Positions 39,066-51,090 are shown, numbered from the stretch's first letter. The stretch: DNA of 64,000 nt from Octopus sinensis (GCF_006345805.1 NC_043010.1:65658001-65722000), one strand, 5' to 3'. The notes: generated from the letters alone by a model not told the origin. Numbers and translations are program-made.

Positions 39066-39374
39066 TACCAGAGTAAACACATAAATGTGAAACAAGGTGG
39101 AAAAAAGAGTACTTAAATACCAGTGGTAGAGTAATATGCTTTATTTAAAGCAGCAGAAAATTCAACAAAATCTGTTACTCTGAGTTTCACGTTCCCGTTC
39201 GTCGGACAGTTTTTGAACGGAACGTGAATTCAACAAAACCTTTGCTAGCAAAAACTGTCCCGATGACGGGAACGTGAATTCAACAAAACCTTTGCTAGCA
39301 AAAAACGTCCGACGAACGGGAACGTGAAACTCAGAGTAACAGGTTTTGTTGAATTTTCTGCTGCTTTAAATAAA

Positions 39375-39376
<2 letters not shown>
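39066..39376. mobile_element. Family-2 pLTR-like element: inverted pair of hammerhead arms with internal partial direct repeats
   Basis: Arms at about 39138-39208 and 39307-39376 are reverse complements; flanked by (TA)n. Confidence 0.75.
39172..39209 (-). ncRNA. Type-I hammerhead, family 2, U4C core variant
   Basis: CUGU-CCGACGA-ACG-GGAA-CGU-GAA-ACUC-A-GAGU-A^ACAG; all three stems pair, stem III has a 1-nt loop. Confidence 0.7.
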
Positions 39377-39402
<26 letters not shown>

Positions 39403-39409
<7 letters not shown>

Positions 39410-40025
39410 TAATTAGGGGTCAGCTAATTGCTTCACCACATACCAAATTTAGAAATAGGAGTTAAAAATCCCTTTTCTACTGCTATAAGTATCTCCATGA
39501 CAGTTACATACTTTTTTTTTACGTAGGGGCAAAGAGAAAAACAATGAACCAACACGACTCCTATTAGCCATGGACATGTTTCGACATTGAAATGTTTAAT
39601 TACTTACTTCTCATCATCAGTGTAGCATTTCCAATTATAAAATTTGAAAGTACTAAGGTTAAATATGCACACGATCAAGTGACATCGTGCAACAGATAAC
39701 CAAGTGACACTTCAAAAAGTGTTGGTTGGATATCTGTTGCACAATGTCACTCAATCGTGTTCATATTTAACCCTAGCACTTTCAAATTTTATAATTGGAA
39801 ATGCTACACTGAAGAGAGAAGTAAGTAAATTTAAATCACTTTAATAGCAAAACGCGTATATAGTTAATCCTGGTCATGTTGATTCATTGTTTTTCTCTTT
39901 GCCTACGTAAAAAAGTATGTTTATCGTCATGGAGATACTTATAGCAGTAGAAAAGGAATTATTAAACCCCTATTTCTAAATTCGGTATGTAGCGAAGCAA
40001 TTAGCTGACCCCTAATTATAATTAT
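39403..40025. mobile_element. About 620-bp foldback (long palindromic MITE)
   Basis: Arms of about 300 bp (ataattataattaggggtcagctaattgc... and its reverse complement), centre near 39714. Confidence 0.88.
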
Positions 40026-40202
40026 GTTTATTGTCATAGAATATTTGTATAATTTTACCTATAAAGGTTGTTTTAGTGTACCGAGTTACTTGGTAAAATT
40101 ATTAATTAATTGATTGATTAATTAACTTAATTAATTAATTTTACCCTGTTATTATTAATTTGAAATTATTATTATTATCATTATGTATATATATATATGT
40201 AG

Positions 40203-41015
40203 TCACAGGAGTGGCTGTGTGGTAAGTAGCTTGCTTACTAAACACATGGTTCTGGGTTCAGTCCCACTGCGTGGCACCTTGGGAAAGCGTCTTCTACTAT
40301 AGCCTCAGGCTGACCAAAGCCTTGTGAGTGGATTTGGTAGACAGAAACTGAAAGAGGCCCATCATATATGTATATGTATATATATTTATGTGTGTGTGTC
40401 CATGTTTGTCCCCCCACCCACACCCATCACCACTTGACAACCCCTGTTGATGTATTTACATCCTTGTAACTTAACAGTTCACCAAAAGAGATTGATGGAA
40501 TAAGTACCAGGTTTAAAAAATTAAGTCCTGCGGGAAGGGTGAATTAATTTGACTAAATATGAGGTGGTGCCCCAGCATGGCCACAGTTTAATGACTGAAA
40601 CAAGTAAAGGATAAAAGATATATGTATAGGTGCAGGAGTGGCTGTGGTGGTTCCGGGTTCAGTCCAGCCACATGGTTCCAGGTTCAATCCCACTGTGTGG
40701 CACCTTGGGCGAGCGTCTACTACTATCGCCTTGGGTCGACCAAAGCCTTGTGAATGGATTTGATAGATGGAAACTGAAAGAAGCCCATTGTATATATATA
40801 CGTGTGTGTGTGTGTGTGTGAGTCTTTTTATCCCCTCACCATTGCTTGACAACTATATCCCCGTAGCTTAGCGGTTCGGCAATAGAGACCAATAGAATAA
40901 GTACTAGGCTTATAAAGAATAAGTTGTGGGGTTGTTTGTTTGACTGAAGGTGGTGCTCCAGCATGGCCACAGTCAAATGACCGAAACAAGTAAAAGAATA
41001 AAAGAATATGTATAT

Positions 41016-41049
<34 letters not shown>

Positions 41050-41228
41050 CACATATGCATACAATGGAGGGGTTCTTTCAGTTTCCATCCACCAATTCCA
41101 CTTACAAGGCTTTTGTCCGCCTGAAATTATGTAGAAGACACTTGCCCAAGGTATTGTGCGGTGGAACTGAACTCATCACCACATGGATGGGAAGCTAGCT
41201 TCTTAAATCCACAGTTACACACCTGCCA
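40203..41228. mobile_element. Cluster of three SINE-A copies (+ 40203-40620, + 40628-41005, - 41068-41228)
   Basis: Head and tail motifs. Confidence 0.8.
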
Positions 41229-41579
41229 TTCTCTGCACCTAACCAATCCGGAGCAAAAGTTGGTGTTCAGGTAAGGTGGGTCTGGTGAGGACAATAGCAA
41301 AACAAACCATTGAGCAAGTGTCCACATAATTTCTTTGATCTGCTACTTCTATTTTTGGTATTTTCTTTCATTTCTTCTTGCAAATAATTTCAGCCTTTTA
41401 GCATTCAGATTACTCTATAAAATCTTCTGCTTATTTATTCACATTGTTTTGAATTAATCATGCATTATTTCATAGCTTCAAGATTTCAATGATGTGATTG
41501 CTTATTTTTAGAATGACACTTATTGGTAGGTGTGAGATCCTAGATCTGGACAGTTTTTACATAAAACAGATTATTTCGG

Positions 41580-41765
41580 CCATCTGTTTTCCATGCTAGC
41601 ATGCGTTGGACGGTTCAACCGGGGTCTGGGAAGCCAGGAGGCTGCACCAGGCTCCAGTCTGATCTGGCAGTGTTTCTACTGCTGGATGCCCTTCCTAATA
41701 CCAACCACTCCATGAGTGTAGTGGGTGCTTTTTACGTGCCACCAGCACTGGTATCACAACTACAA
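41580..41765 (-). mobile_element. RTE 3' terminal fragment
   Basis: Matches the RTE tail. Confidence 0.8.
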
Positions 41766-41783
41766 TTTCCTGCTGGTTTAAAG

Positions 41784-42089
41784 CAGTGGTTCCCAAACTT
41801 TTTCAGGCTGCCATCCGCTTGACACCCAGGCCACATTCCTAGCACCCCAACCTCAACTAATCATCATGAACATAGATTTCTTTCTGAAGCAAATTCAAAG
41901 CAACTGTATTTCCCAAACAAAACTTAACCTAATGAACTCATTTTGTTGTTTTTACATGAATCACCACCCCATTATCACCCCAGTTTTTACATGAATCAAT
42001 ACCCCATTATCACCCCAGTTTTCTTCAATGCCCCTTTAGAACTTTCCACCACTTCCAGGGGGGCAATACCGCCCAGTTTAGGAACTACT
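41784..42089. mobile_element. hAT-like MITE (cagtggttcccaaact ... agtttaggaactact)
   Basis: Imperfect TIRs, no clear TSD. Confidence 0.55.
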
Positions 42090-42346
42090 TGTTCCTTTCA
42101 TTACTAACCTGGCTGAAACCGGCTCTGGCTCTGTAGTACAAATGTCTTGTTTTCATAAGTTTTGAACTAAAATTTTCCACGAAACCTTAGTTACAAGTTA
42201 TGTTCCTAACACTAACTGAATGATAACTTTTTTTTTTTTTCCTAAATTCTTTGTTATATCTAAAATAATTAAGAGAAACACAGAACATCTCAACAGAAAT
42301 ATAGTAATGAAAAGGTTAAAATATATTATAGAGAAACAATTCTTAA

Positions 42347-42514
42347 CCCTTTTTCATAAGTTTTGAATGAAAATCTTCCACCAAACCTTAGTCACAATTT
42401 ATGTTCCTAACACTAGCTGAATGATAACTAAGTTATTTTACTAAATTCTTTCTTATATTTAAAATTAATTGAAAGAAACACAGAGCATCTCAAATAAATA
42501 CAGTAATGGAAGGG
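42347..42514. mobile_element. piggyBac-like MITE family 2, next to a second copy at about 42092-42320
   Basis: TTAA|CCC ... GGG|TTAA. Confidence 0.7.
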
Positions 42515-42653
42515 TTAAACACTAAACAATTAATAAGAAGAGATCAAGACATCTACTAAATTTTGTCTGATTTTTCATTCTAATCTTATATTACCAACAT
42601 AAGCCGTCATTCCTGCTTCTAGTTCTCATTCTTTCTTTCGTCTATTATTCCAG

Positions 42654-42703
42654 ACTCTATTTCCCCGAAGAACAAGGTTGAAAAGATGCTTAACGACCAA
42701 GAA
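42654..42703 (+). CDS. Candidate exon (phase 1 to 0): (D)SISPKNKVEKMLNDQE
   Basis: Acceptor ctttcgtctattattccag, donor gtaaat; in frame with the next four exons. Confidence 0.6.
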
Positions 42704-43074
42704 GTAAATATATCTTTTATTTTTTTTTCTTTTATTTGTTTCAGTCATTGGGCTGCGGTCATGCTGTAGCACTGACTTGAAGGGTTTAGTCGAACAAATT
42801 GACTCTAATACTTATTTTTTAAGTCTGACACTCATCCTATTGGTATCTTTTGTCAAAACACTAAGTTGCAGGTACACACACACACACACACACACACACA
42901 TGTGGCAAGTGGCCTTGTAGTTAGGCTATTGCACTTACAATTGCAAGATAATGGTTTGTTTCTAGACTCTGTGAGTGTAGTGGGTGCTTTTTACGTGCCA
43001 CAGCACTCGTATCACAACTACAATTTCCAGGAGGTGCAATGGCCCAGTGGTTATTTTGATGTTGTACTTGACTC

Positions 43075-43106
<32 letters not shown>

Positions 43107-43926
43107 TTAGAGATAAAACCACTATTATGCAACTCAAACTGTGATAGACATAAACCAAACCAAATTATAAATAACAAATAAAATATATTTTTATAAAACA
43201 TATAACTAGATCACAAAAAGTATAAAAATGAATAATCAATATATAATAAGTAAAAGAAACTATGTACATTTCATGGCTATAATTAAATTTGAATTACAAT
43301 TAAATTTAATCAAAATGAATTCAATTTAAAATTATAGTCAATCTTCAGGTTAACAATAATAGTTAAATAAATAAGCAAGTAGATGTAAACAATATTTATT
43401 AAAAAATAAATAAAATAATGATTTTTCTTATAGAAGAAACTCCATTAACTAAATTTGAAATTTAAAATATTAGGATTAGTTTCTTTCAATATATTTATTA
43501 TGTTAAATATTTAAGATAAAAAAGAATTAGAGTAAATAGATAGAAACAGTAAGATGGAAAACAATGATTATTTTGGCATTTTTTCACTTTATTTTAGCTT
43601 ACTATTTTTAATTGCAAAATCGTTGATCAGATCCTCATTATGACACCTTGAACATTTTGAAATTATATTTCCAATCATATAAACTATTTTGAATATTATT
43701 TCAGCAAGTTTAAAGTGATTTCTTTTGTGCCATAAACCATTTACCATTTCTCTGGTGTCTCCCTCCTTCCCTTGATGCCCTAAGCACGTGCTTATTCTGC
43801 TCAATGGTTAATCCAGTGCTGGACATAAGTAATTAAAACAATTAGCAAAAACATAGTACAAGTTGTTGTTGCTGTTGTTGTTGTTGTTATTTTTGTTTCA
43901 TTATTTCTGCTGGTGTAGTTGTTACC

Positions 43927-44341
43927 TATTTCTTTACTACCCACAAGAGGCCAAACACAGAGAGGACAAACAAGGACAGACAAACAGATTAAGTCGATTA
44001 TATCGACCCCAGTGCGTAACTGGTACTTATTTAATCGACCCCGAAAGGATGAAAGGCAAAGTCAACCTCGGTGGAATTTGAACTCAGAACGTAGCGGCAG
44101 ACGAAATACCTATTTCTTTACTACCCACAAGGGGCCAAACACAGAGAGGACAAACAAGGACAGACAAACAGATTAAGTCGATTATATCAACCCCAGTGTG
44201 TAACTGGTACTTATTTAATTGATCCCAAAAAGATGAAAGGCAAAGTCGACCTCGGAGGAATTTGAACTCAGAACGTAGCGGGAGACAAAATACCATTAAG
44301 CATTTCGCCTGGTGTGCTAACGATTCTGCCAGCTCGCCACC
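43927..44341 (-). mobile_element. SINE-B with duplicated 3' part
   Basis: Same dimer junction as 9346-9745. Confidence 0.88.
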
Positions 44342-44401
44342 CTATTTGGTGTAGTTATTACCATTATTGTTGTTATTTTTGTAGTTATTATTGCTGTTGT
44401 G

Positions 44402-44738
44402 AAAGCGCATGGCTCAGTGGTTAGAGCGTCAAGCTTACGATCGTGAGGTTGTGAGCTTGAATCCCAGACCGGGCTGCGTGTTGTGTTCTTGAGCAAGACA
44501 TTTTATTTCACGTTGCTCCAGTTCACTCAGCTGTAGAAATGAGTTGCGATGTCACAGGTGCCAAGCTGTATTGGCCCTTTTGCCTTTCCCTTGGATAACA
44601 CTGGTGGCGTGGAGAGGGGAGGCCAGTATGAATGGGCAACTGCTGGTCTTCCATAAACAACCTTGCCTGGACTTGTACCTCAGAGGGAAACTTTCTAGGT
44701 GCAATCCCATGGTCAGTGTCGTGACCGAAGGGGGTCTC
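44402..44738 (+). mobile_element. SINE-C
   Basis: Close match to 11624-11961. Confidence 0.88.
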
Positions 44739-44809
44739 AGATATTGCTGTTGTTACCGTTAATACCATTGCTATTGTTACTATCTCATGCTTTTACCGTC
44801 CATTTTCAG

Positions 44810-44848
44810 AACTATGATACTTTTGAATATGAGCAATCTGATGGGGAG
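44810..44848 (+). CDS. Candidate 39-nt exon (phase 0): NYDTFEYEQSDGE
   Basis: Acceptor ttttaccgtccattttcag, donor gtaagt. Confidence 0.72.
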
Positions 44849-45339
44849 GTAAGTAGATGTTTTTGTTATCTTTCTGCCCCCTCCCACTTTACTACCTCTC
44901 ACTCCCCCTCTTATAATCTCACAATATTTCTAGTACTTTCTGTTGTGTTCTATAATTAATTAATTAATTCTAATGAATTAATTTAGAATATCAGAGTTGT
45001 CTCCCCTGCTACTTTTGATCGGAGCAAATCATTTCACTCATACTTAACTGATGCTCAACTCTTCAAACTCTTCAACAATTAACTGAGACTATGAAACACC
45101 GCTCACAGCCATCAATGCCCAGGTACGCTTGCTGCATGAAACGCCAACAGTTAAGTTGGCACAGCAGACATGACACACTAAATAAAGAGACCAACATGCA
45201 GTGTAGTTTCCTAAGATAATGAAAGTAAATTGCCACAGAAGCTGGAAGTGATGGCAGGGAAATCCCATAATTTCATTATATTCATTATGATGAATAGACA
45301 ATAGGTTTGCCACTTCCTTACAGAAGAAAACAATCTCTT

Positions 45340-45615
45340 CAGATAGTAAAAAATGTTATGAGATCTCATATAACTAGCAAGTCCAGCTTTGGGCAAAGTT
45401 ACCCTACTCTGCAGATGTTACAAACATATTCAGGTTGAAAAATGTTTGGTGTTGAAGTCAATCTGTTAACGAAATCCTCCTTTCAAGACGGAGGGTTTCA
45501 GTTCTCTCTGCTTCAAATGCTTTATAGCCATCGCAGATTGCTTCCTTTCAAATTGATCAATTTTTCCATCATTTGCTCCCAGTCTTCAGTGTCCACAATC
45601 AGAGCTTTAACTCTC
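45340..45615 (-). pseudogene. 3' end of a second RTE-type family with a C-terminal C2H2-like finger, frameshifted
   Basis: DTEDWEQM / KEAICDGYKAFEAERTETLRL / EYVCNIC...KAGLASYMRSH. Confidence 0.55.
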
Positions 45616-46021
45616 TAGCATTCGACCCTTTAGCATTCACAAAGTAATGCTTATTAATTAATATTGTCTAGAATTAATCATGCATTGTCTTTAACCCTTT
45701 CGTTACTATATTTATTTTGAGATTCTCTGTTTTTCTCCCAATTACTTTAAATATAACAAAGAATTTAGTAAAATAACTTAGTTATCATTAATCTAGTGTT
45801 AGGAACATTAATTCAAAACTTATGAAAACAAGACATTTGTACTCAGAGCCAGAGCCGGTTTCAGCTGGGTTAGTATCAAAAGGGTTAAGCTTTGAGATTT
45901 TGATGAAATAACAGTTAATATTTAAGAATGACATTGTAGGGTTGGTGTGAGAAACCAGATCTGGCCAGTTTGAACATAAAAAATACTTTGGCTGGATATG
46001 GCTGGTTTATGTGTTAAAGGG
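45611..46021. mobile_element. piggyBac-like MITE family 1 containing a nested family-2 MITE (45695-45884)
   Basis: Inner element has TTAA on both sides (45691-45694, 45885-45888) and CCC...GGG ends; the outer sequence resumes after it. Confidence 0.75.
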
Positions 46022-46729
46022 TTAAACCAGCCAAGGTAGCATTTGTCACTGAGGAAGTGAAAGCAAAAATCAAAAACACAGTCTGTTAGTCCGCTGATAA
46101 CACTTGGAACTGAGCTTGATGTATTTTTACACACAAAGTCCATAGAGATAAATTTCTCTCTGACGCACAAACCCACAGTGAATGCAGAACTGTGTCACTT
46201 GTACACAATCTTATCCTAATGTACAGTTGTGTGTGTTAAAAAGTAGATGCACACATCTTCATTCTGTTTTATAATTAGGTTACAGAATCTAATTACAAAT
46301 AAACAAACCATGCATGTTGGGGGTGAATAAACAGGTTTGTTTTATTTTTATCTATTTATTCATTTTAATTTTTCTATCAGTCGTGTATTATTTTTAATCA
46401 CAAGTGTTGAACAAAGTTGCTTGTTAGGTTCACATTTCCAACAGCCTAACCATTGGTTCGTTGCATTTGACTGTGAAAATGAAAAATAATTACCCAGAAC
46501 TCACTACAAAATTAGGTATCACAAAATTACTTTTTGTTTGGAAAGCACTCTTTTTGTTTTTTTCCCCCATACTTTTTGATGTTCACATCATCTGGTGATA
46601 TATACATAGTGAAAGTTATACACATGCATTTGTCTTTTCTTTTTGACAACATAAACCTCAACTTGTTAAGAGATTTTATTGTCCATCCACATTAGGATAT
46701 CAAGCACTGAGTTTCTTGCATCTCTGTGG

Positions 46730-47190
46730 GTCACTTGTGACATGAATAGTCACTTGTGACAGAAATGGCCACACATGACAAGAATGATCATTTGTGACAG
46801 GAATGGTCAATTGTAACAAGAATAGTTACTTGTGACAGGAATGGTCAATTGTAACAAGAATAGTTATTTGTGACAGGAATAGCTACAAAAATAGTTACTT
46901 GTGACAGGAATGGTCAACTGTGACAAAAATAGTTATTTGTGACAGGAATAGCTACAAGACTAGTCACTTGTGACAGGAATGGTCAATTGTGACAAGAATA
47001 GTTACTTGTGACAGGAATAGCTACAAGACTAGTCACTTGTGACAGGAATGGTCAATTGTGACAAGAATAGTTACTTGTGACAGGAATAGCTACAAGACTA
47101 GTCACTTGTGGCAGGAATGGTCAATTATGACAAGAATAGTTACTTGTGACAGGAATAGCTGTCGGAATAGTCACTTGTGACAGGAATAAT
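46730..47190. repeat. 19-bp minisatellite with a 69-bp higher-order repeat
   Basis: Monomer cacttgtgacaggaatggt; the 12+19+19+19 unit starts at 46953, 47022 and 47091. Confidence 0.92.
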
Positions 47191-48044
47191 GACTTCTTGT
47201 AACTTCTTTGGTGGGTTATTTTGTGGTTTCAGTGTTGGGTCACAAGCAATTTGGAAAATCAGTTAAGCCCCGAATGGGGACTGACTGTAGGGCATCAGAA
47301 CATGTCCACATACTGGTGTTTCACACAGCCCACTATTAGGGAACCAAATTTCATTCAGAGATTTCTTTCAGAGTCAACTCATCCTTAACATTTGGCTAAA
47401 AACTAAAACCTTACTCACAAATCAATGGAGTATACACACACAAACATACACATAGAAACACACACACACAAACACACACAAACACAAACACACACATATG
47501 TAAACCCCACACTGACACACACACACATATATACGATGGGTTTTTTGAAGTTTCTGCCTGCAGAATTTCATTCCTTACAAGGTGACAGTCAACCGAGTGG
47601 TAGAGTAGAAGGCATTGGCTCTAAAACCACACCAGTGGAGAGAGAGAGAGAGAACACTCCTTAAGCATTCAACCATCACTCTGCTCACACTTGTCAAGAT
47701 TATCCTACAAAGCAAAAATGCAAGGAGCCAGCACTCGAGGATGTGGCGAGACTAATTGCTTCAGTTGTCTCACTCTCTAAGTACTGGCTTTCTATTTCAC
47801 TGATCTCAGAAGGATAAGAAATGTAAGCTTGCTGCCTGTGAGATTTGAACAAAGAAATAAAGGGCACAACTACTTCAAAAGCATTTGGTTAGGTCTCTTT
47901 AGATTCTTCTGTTTCTGTGCACTTAGTTATAAGTTGAACTCAACGTAAAAAAAATCGAAAGGCTGCTAAGCATTTTGCCTGATGTGGTAACAATTCTGCC
48001 AGTTCACTGCCTTTTAAAAACAATAATAATAATAATGATAATAA

Positions 48045-48190
48045 TATCAGAGTGGTTGGCGTTAGGAAGGGCATCCAGCTGTAGAAACACTGCCAGATCA
48101 GACTGGAGCCTGGTGCAGCTCTCTGGCTTCCCAGACCCCGGTCGAACCGTCCAACCCGTGCTAGCATGGGAAACGGACGTTAAACGATGA
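48045..48190 (+). mobile_element. RTE 3' terminal fragment
   Basis: Matches the RTE tail. Confidence 0.85.
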
Positions 48191-48242
48191 GAGAGAGAGA
48201 GAGAGAGAGAATAATAATAATGATGATAATGATAATAATCAA

Positions 48243-48360
48243 AGGCATATTAACAGCCAATGTATGCCACTTGTCCAGAAGGAATATAAGAGACACCATG
48301 ACAATATAGCTAGGTTTGTCCAATGGACACTTTGCAACAAGTATGGACTTGACAGAGCAA
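48243..48360 (+). pseudogene. Short R4-like fragment, region after the CCHC knuckle
   Basis: HINSQCMPLVQKEYKRHHDNIARFVQWTLCNKYGLDRA, beside a (TAA/TGA)n tract. Confidence 0.6.
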
Positions 48361-48384
48361 GGCCAAACTTAATCACTACTATAA

Positions 48385-48545
48385 AGTTGGAGCGAAAGAG
48401 TACAACAGGGGTCACCCCCCCCCCTGCCATAGCCTCGTGGAGCTTTAGGTGTTTTCACTCAATAAACACACACAACGCCCGGTCTGGGAATCGAAACCAC
48501 GATCCTCTGACCGAGAGCCCGCTGCCCTAACCACTGAACCATAGT
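48385..48545 (-). mobile_element. SINE family D, 5' part
   Basis: Reverse complement of the 55735 head. Confidence 0.8.
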
Positions 48546-48629
48546 GCTGTTGTTGCTCTTGTTATTGTGATTGTTATATACACTGTTTACATTAGTCGAA
48601 CTGGTGTTCTTAACTTGGTTGTTGCTCTT

Positions 48630-48671
48630 CACTACATTTCAGCTGTTGCATACTCCAGCCTTCTTCAGGTG
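48630..48671 (-). ncRNA. Minimal hammerhead-like motif, family 3
   Basis: CAC-CUGAAGA-A-GGCUG/CAGCU-GAAA-UGUA^GUG; canonical core, short stem I. Confidence 0.5.
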
Positions 48672-49099
48672 CCTTGCCTAGGTTTGAACTTAGAACCTCT
48701 AGGTGACTGTACTGCATTTAGCAGCACCTTTATCCACTACACTATGCCAGTAGACAGTGAATTTTCAAGGTTTATAAGCCTTCATTGATGCCCATAAAAT
48801 TTACTTGTAACCTGAATAATTTTGGACTGTGTTTCTGTTTGCCAATTAACCTTTGACCTGTTGCTTTATTGTTGTGTTGACTGATCTCTTTATTAACCTA
48901 ATGACCCATGCATCGTTATGACTTTTTATTTAATTATTTAATCAATTATTCAATTAATTCTCTGCAGATGTATGAACCGCTTTCCGACACTATTGTTGTA
49001 AGTATTCTTGCTGTTTTTGTGGTTGTAGTAGTACTATTTGTTGTTGTTGTTATTGTTGTTGTTGTACTATTATTGTTGTTACTGTCGTTGTTGCTTGTT

Positions 49100-49475
49100 T
49101 CTTTATTTGTTGAGTGAAGCGGTCTTCGTCCCATTTGTTTGTAGTGGGAGAAGTCCGAAACGTCGTCCTTTGCTGTTCGTAAGACCCGCAGAAGAGAAAG
49201 CAGGTCAACCCCTGACACCAAGAGCATCGACGGATGGATGAATGCGCATCCAGGCTCAGCGGTTGCATAGGAAGTCGGGGGACAAGAAACAGGAAGAAAG
49301 AGGGAGAGAAATTTGGAGCGAAAGAGTACAACAAGGGTCACCGCCACCCCGTGCCATAGCCTCGTGGAGCTTTAGGTGTTTTCACTCAATAAACACACAC
49401 AACGTCCGGTCTGGGAATCGAAACCACGATCCTCTGACCGAGAGCCCGCTGCCCTAACCACTGAGCCATAGTGCT
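49100..49475 (-). mobile_element. SINE-D variant with a longer tail
   Basis: Head as at 48385-48545. Confidence 0.7.
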
Positions 49476-49995
49476 GTTGTTGCTCTTGTTATTGTGATTG
49501 TTGTTTTTGTTGTTATTGACACAAGGCTACAGATTTAGGATAAGAGGTGAAAGTTCAAAGACAGGGAATATTTTAGGCCTCGTTGAATCTATTTTAATAT
49601 GATAAAAATTATAGAAGAGGAGAGAAGAGGAACAGAAAATCGTTGAAGAGGTCCCATAATGTGGGATGAAAAACAGACAAAAACAAATAATAATAATAAT
49701 AAATTCATTTCCTGCTATGACTATGGCATCTGACCCTCAGAGCTGGCTGGTCAAATGTCATCACCATTCAGCCTGTCCTGAGTCACTTGCCCTATAGTGT
49801 CCATCTTCCCTGTAATGCTCTCTAACCCCTTTATTTTCCAGTCCTTCCTCACCAAACCATTATCCCACTGAAATTATCTATTTGTTAGTATGTAGTGGTT
49901 GGCATTAGGAAGGGCGTTCAGTCATAGAAACCATGCCAAATCAGATTGGAACCTGCTGTCCAACAGCTTAGTAGCTTCAGTCAAGTTGTCTAATC

Positions 49996-50272
49996 CAGTG
50001 GTTCCCAAAGTGGGCGTTATTGCCTCCCTGGGGGCAGTGCAAAGTTCTGAGGGAGATTTGAGGAAAAATGAGGTGATAATAGGGTAGCGATTCATGTAGA
50101 AACAACAAAATAATGGGTTCAATAGGTTCAGTTTTATTTGTGAAACACAGTTGCTTTGAATTTGCTTCAGAAAGGGGTCTATGCTTGTGATGGTTAGTTG
50201 GGGGTGGGGGTGCTAGGAATGTGGAGTGGATGTCAAGGGGAGTGGCAACCCAAAAATCTTTGGAAACCACTG
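49996..50272. mobile_element. hAT-like MITE inserted in an RTE 3' tail
   Basis: TIR cagtggttcccaaag / ctttggaaaccactg; 8-bp flanks gtctaatc and ctctaacc (6/8 identical). Confidence 0.7.
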
Positions 50273-50574
50273 CTCTAACCCAAGCCAGCATTGAAAGCAA
50301 ACGCTATATGATGATGGTTATAAAGCATAATAAAGCTAAAGTGAAGATCAGATAAACAGTGTGTGTGTTTACTGGCAAAAATGACCATCCCCAACTATTT
50401 CAATGTCTGTTTCAACACACGATTTCCATCAACAATTTTGCAAAACAAATATGTAAATGCAAATATTTTATTAAATATACAGTGAAATGTAATTCCATTT
50501 AATGTGAAAATGTAATTATAAATAATTCACCTCAGAAATTAATATGTAAACTAATTTTTTAATGAGACCATAAC

Positions 50575-51090
50575 CCATGGCCTCAGTCCACTTATGCATA
50601 CCTTTCCTTCTTGGGACACAAAACTCTACTTGTGAAGACCTGTTGAGGCAAGTGAAAATCAAAAATCAAAATCGATCAACATGAATGGTAATTGTAGCTG
50701 TGATACCAGTGCCGGTGACACATAAGAGAACCATCCGACTGTAGCCGTTGCCAGTGCCGCCCTGACTGGCTTCTGTGCCGGTGGCACGCTAAAAGCACCA
50801 TCCAATCATGGCCATTGCCAGCTTCGCCTGGCCTCCGTGCCGGTGGCGCGTAAAAAGCACCAATCCAACCGTAGCTGTTTGCCAGCCTCGTCTGGCACCT
50901 GTGCCGGTGGCACGTAAAAAGCACCCACTACATTCACGGAGTGATTGGCGTTAGGAAGGGCATCCAGCCATAGAAACATTGCCAGATCAGACTGGGCCTG
51001 GTGCTGCCTTCTGGCTTCCCAGACCCCAGTTGCACTGTCCAACGCATGCCAGCATAGAAAGCAGACGCTAAACGGTGATGATGATGATGA
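50575..51090 (+). mobile_element. RTE 3' UTR fragment with about four repeat units
   Basis: Matches the RTE tail. Confidence 0.85.

Noticed and set aside
41215-41270. Candidate exon ending CAG|GTAAGG
   Set aside because: The acceptor region is the antisense head of a SINE-A
46730-47190. CRISPR-like array or coding repeat
   Set aside because: No unique spacers, eukaryotic context, stops in all frames; the same lack of spacers applies to the 61-bp and 225-bp arrays
49108-49170. CGAAACGTC with a paired upstream stem
   Set aside because: No CUGANGA and no stem I; lies in a SINE-D tail
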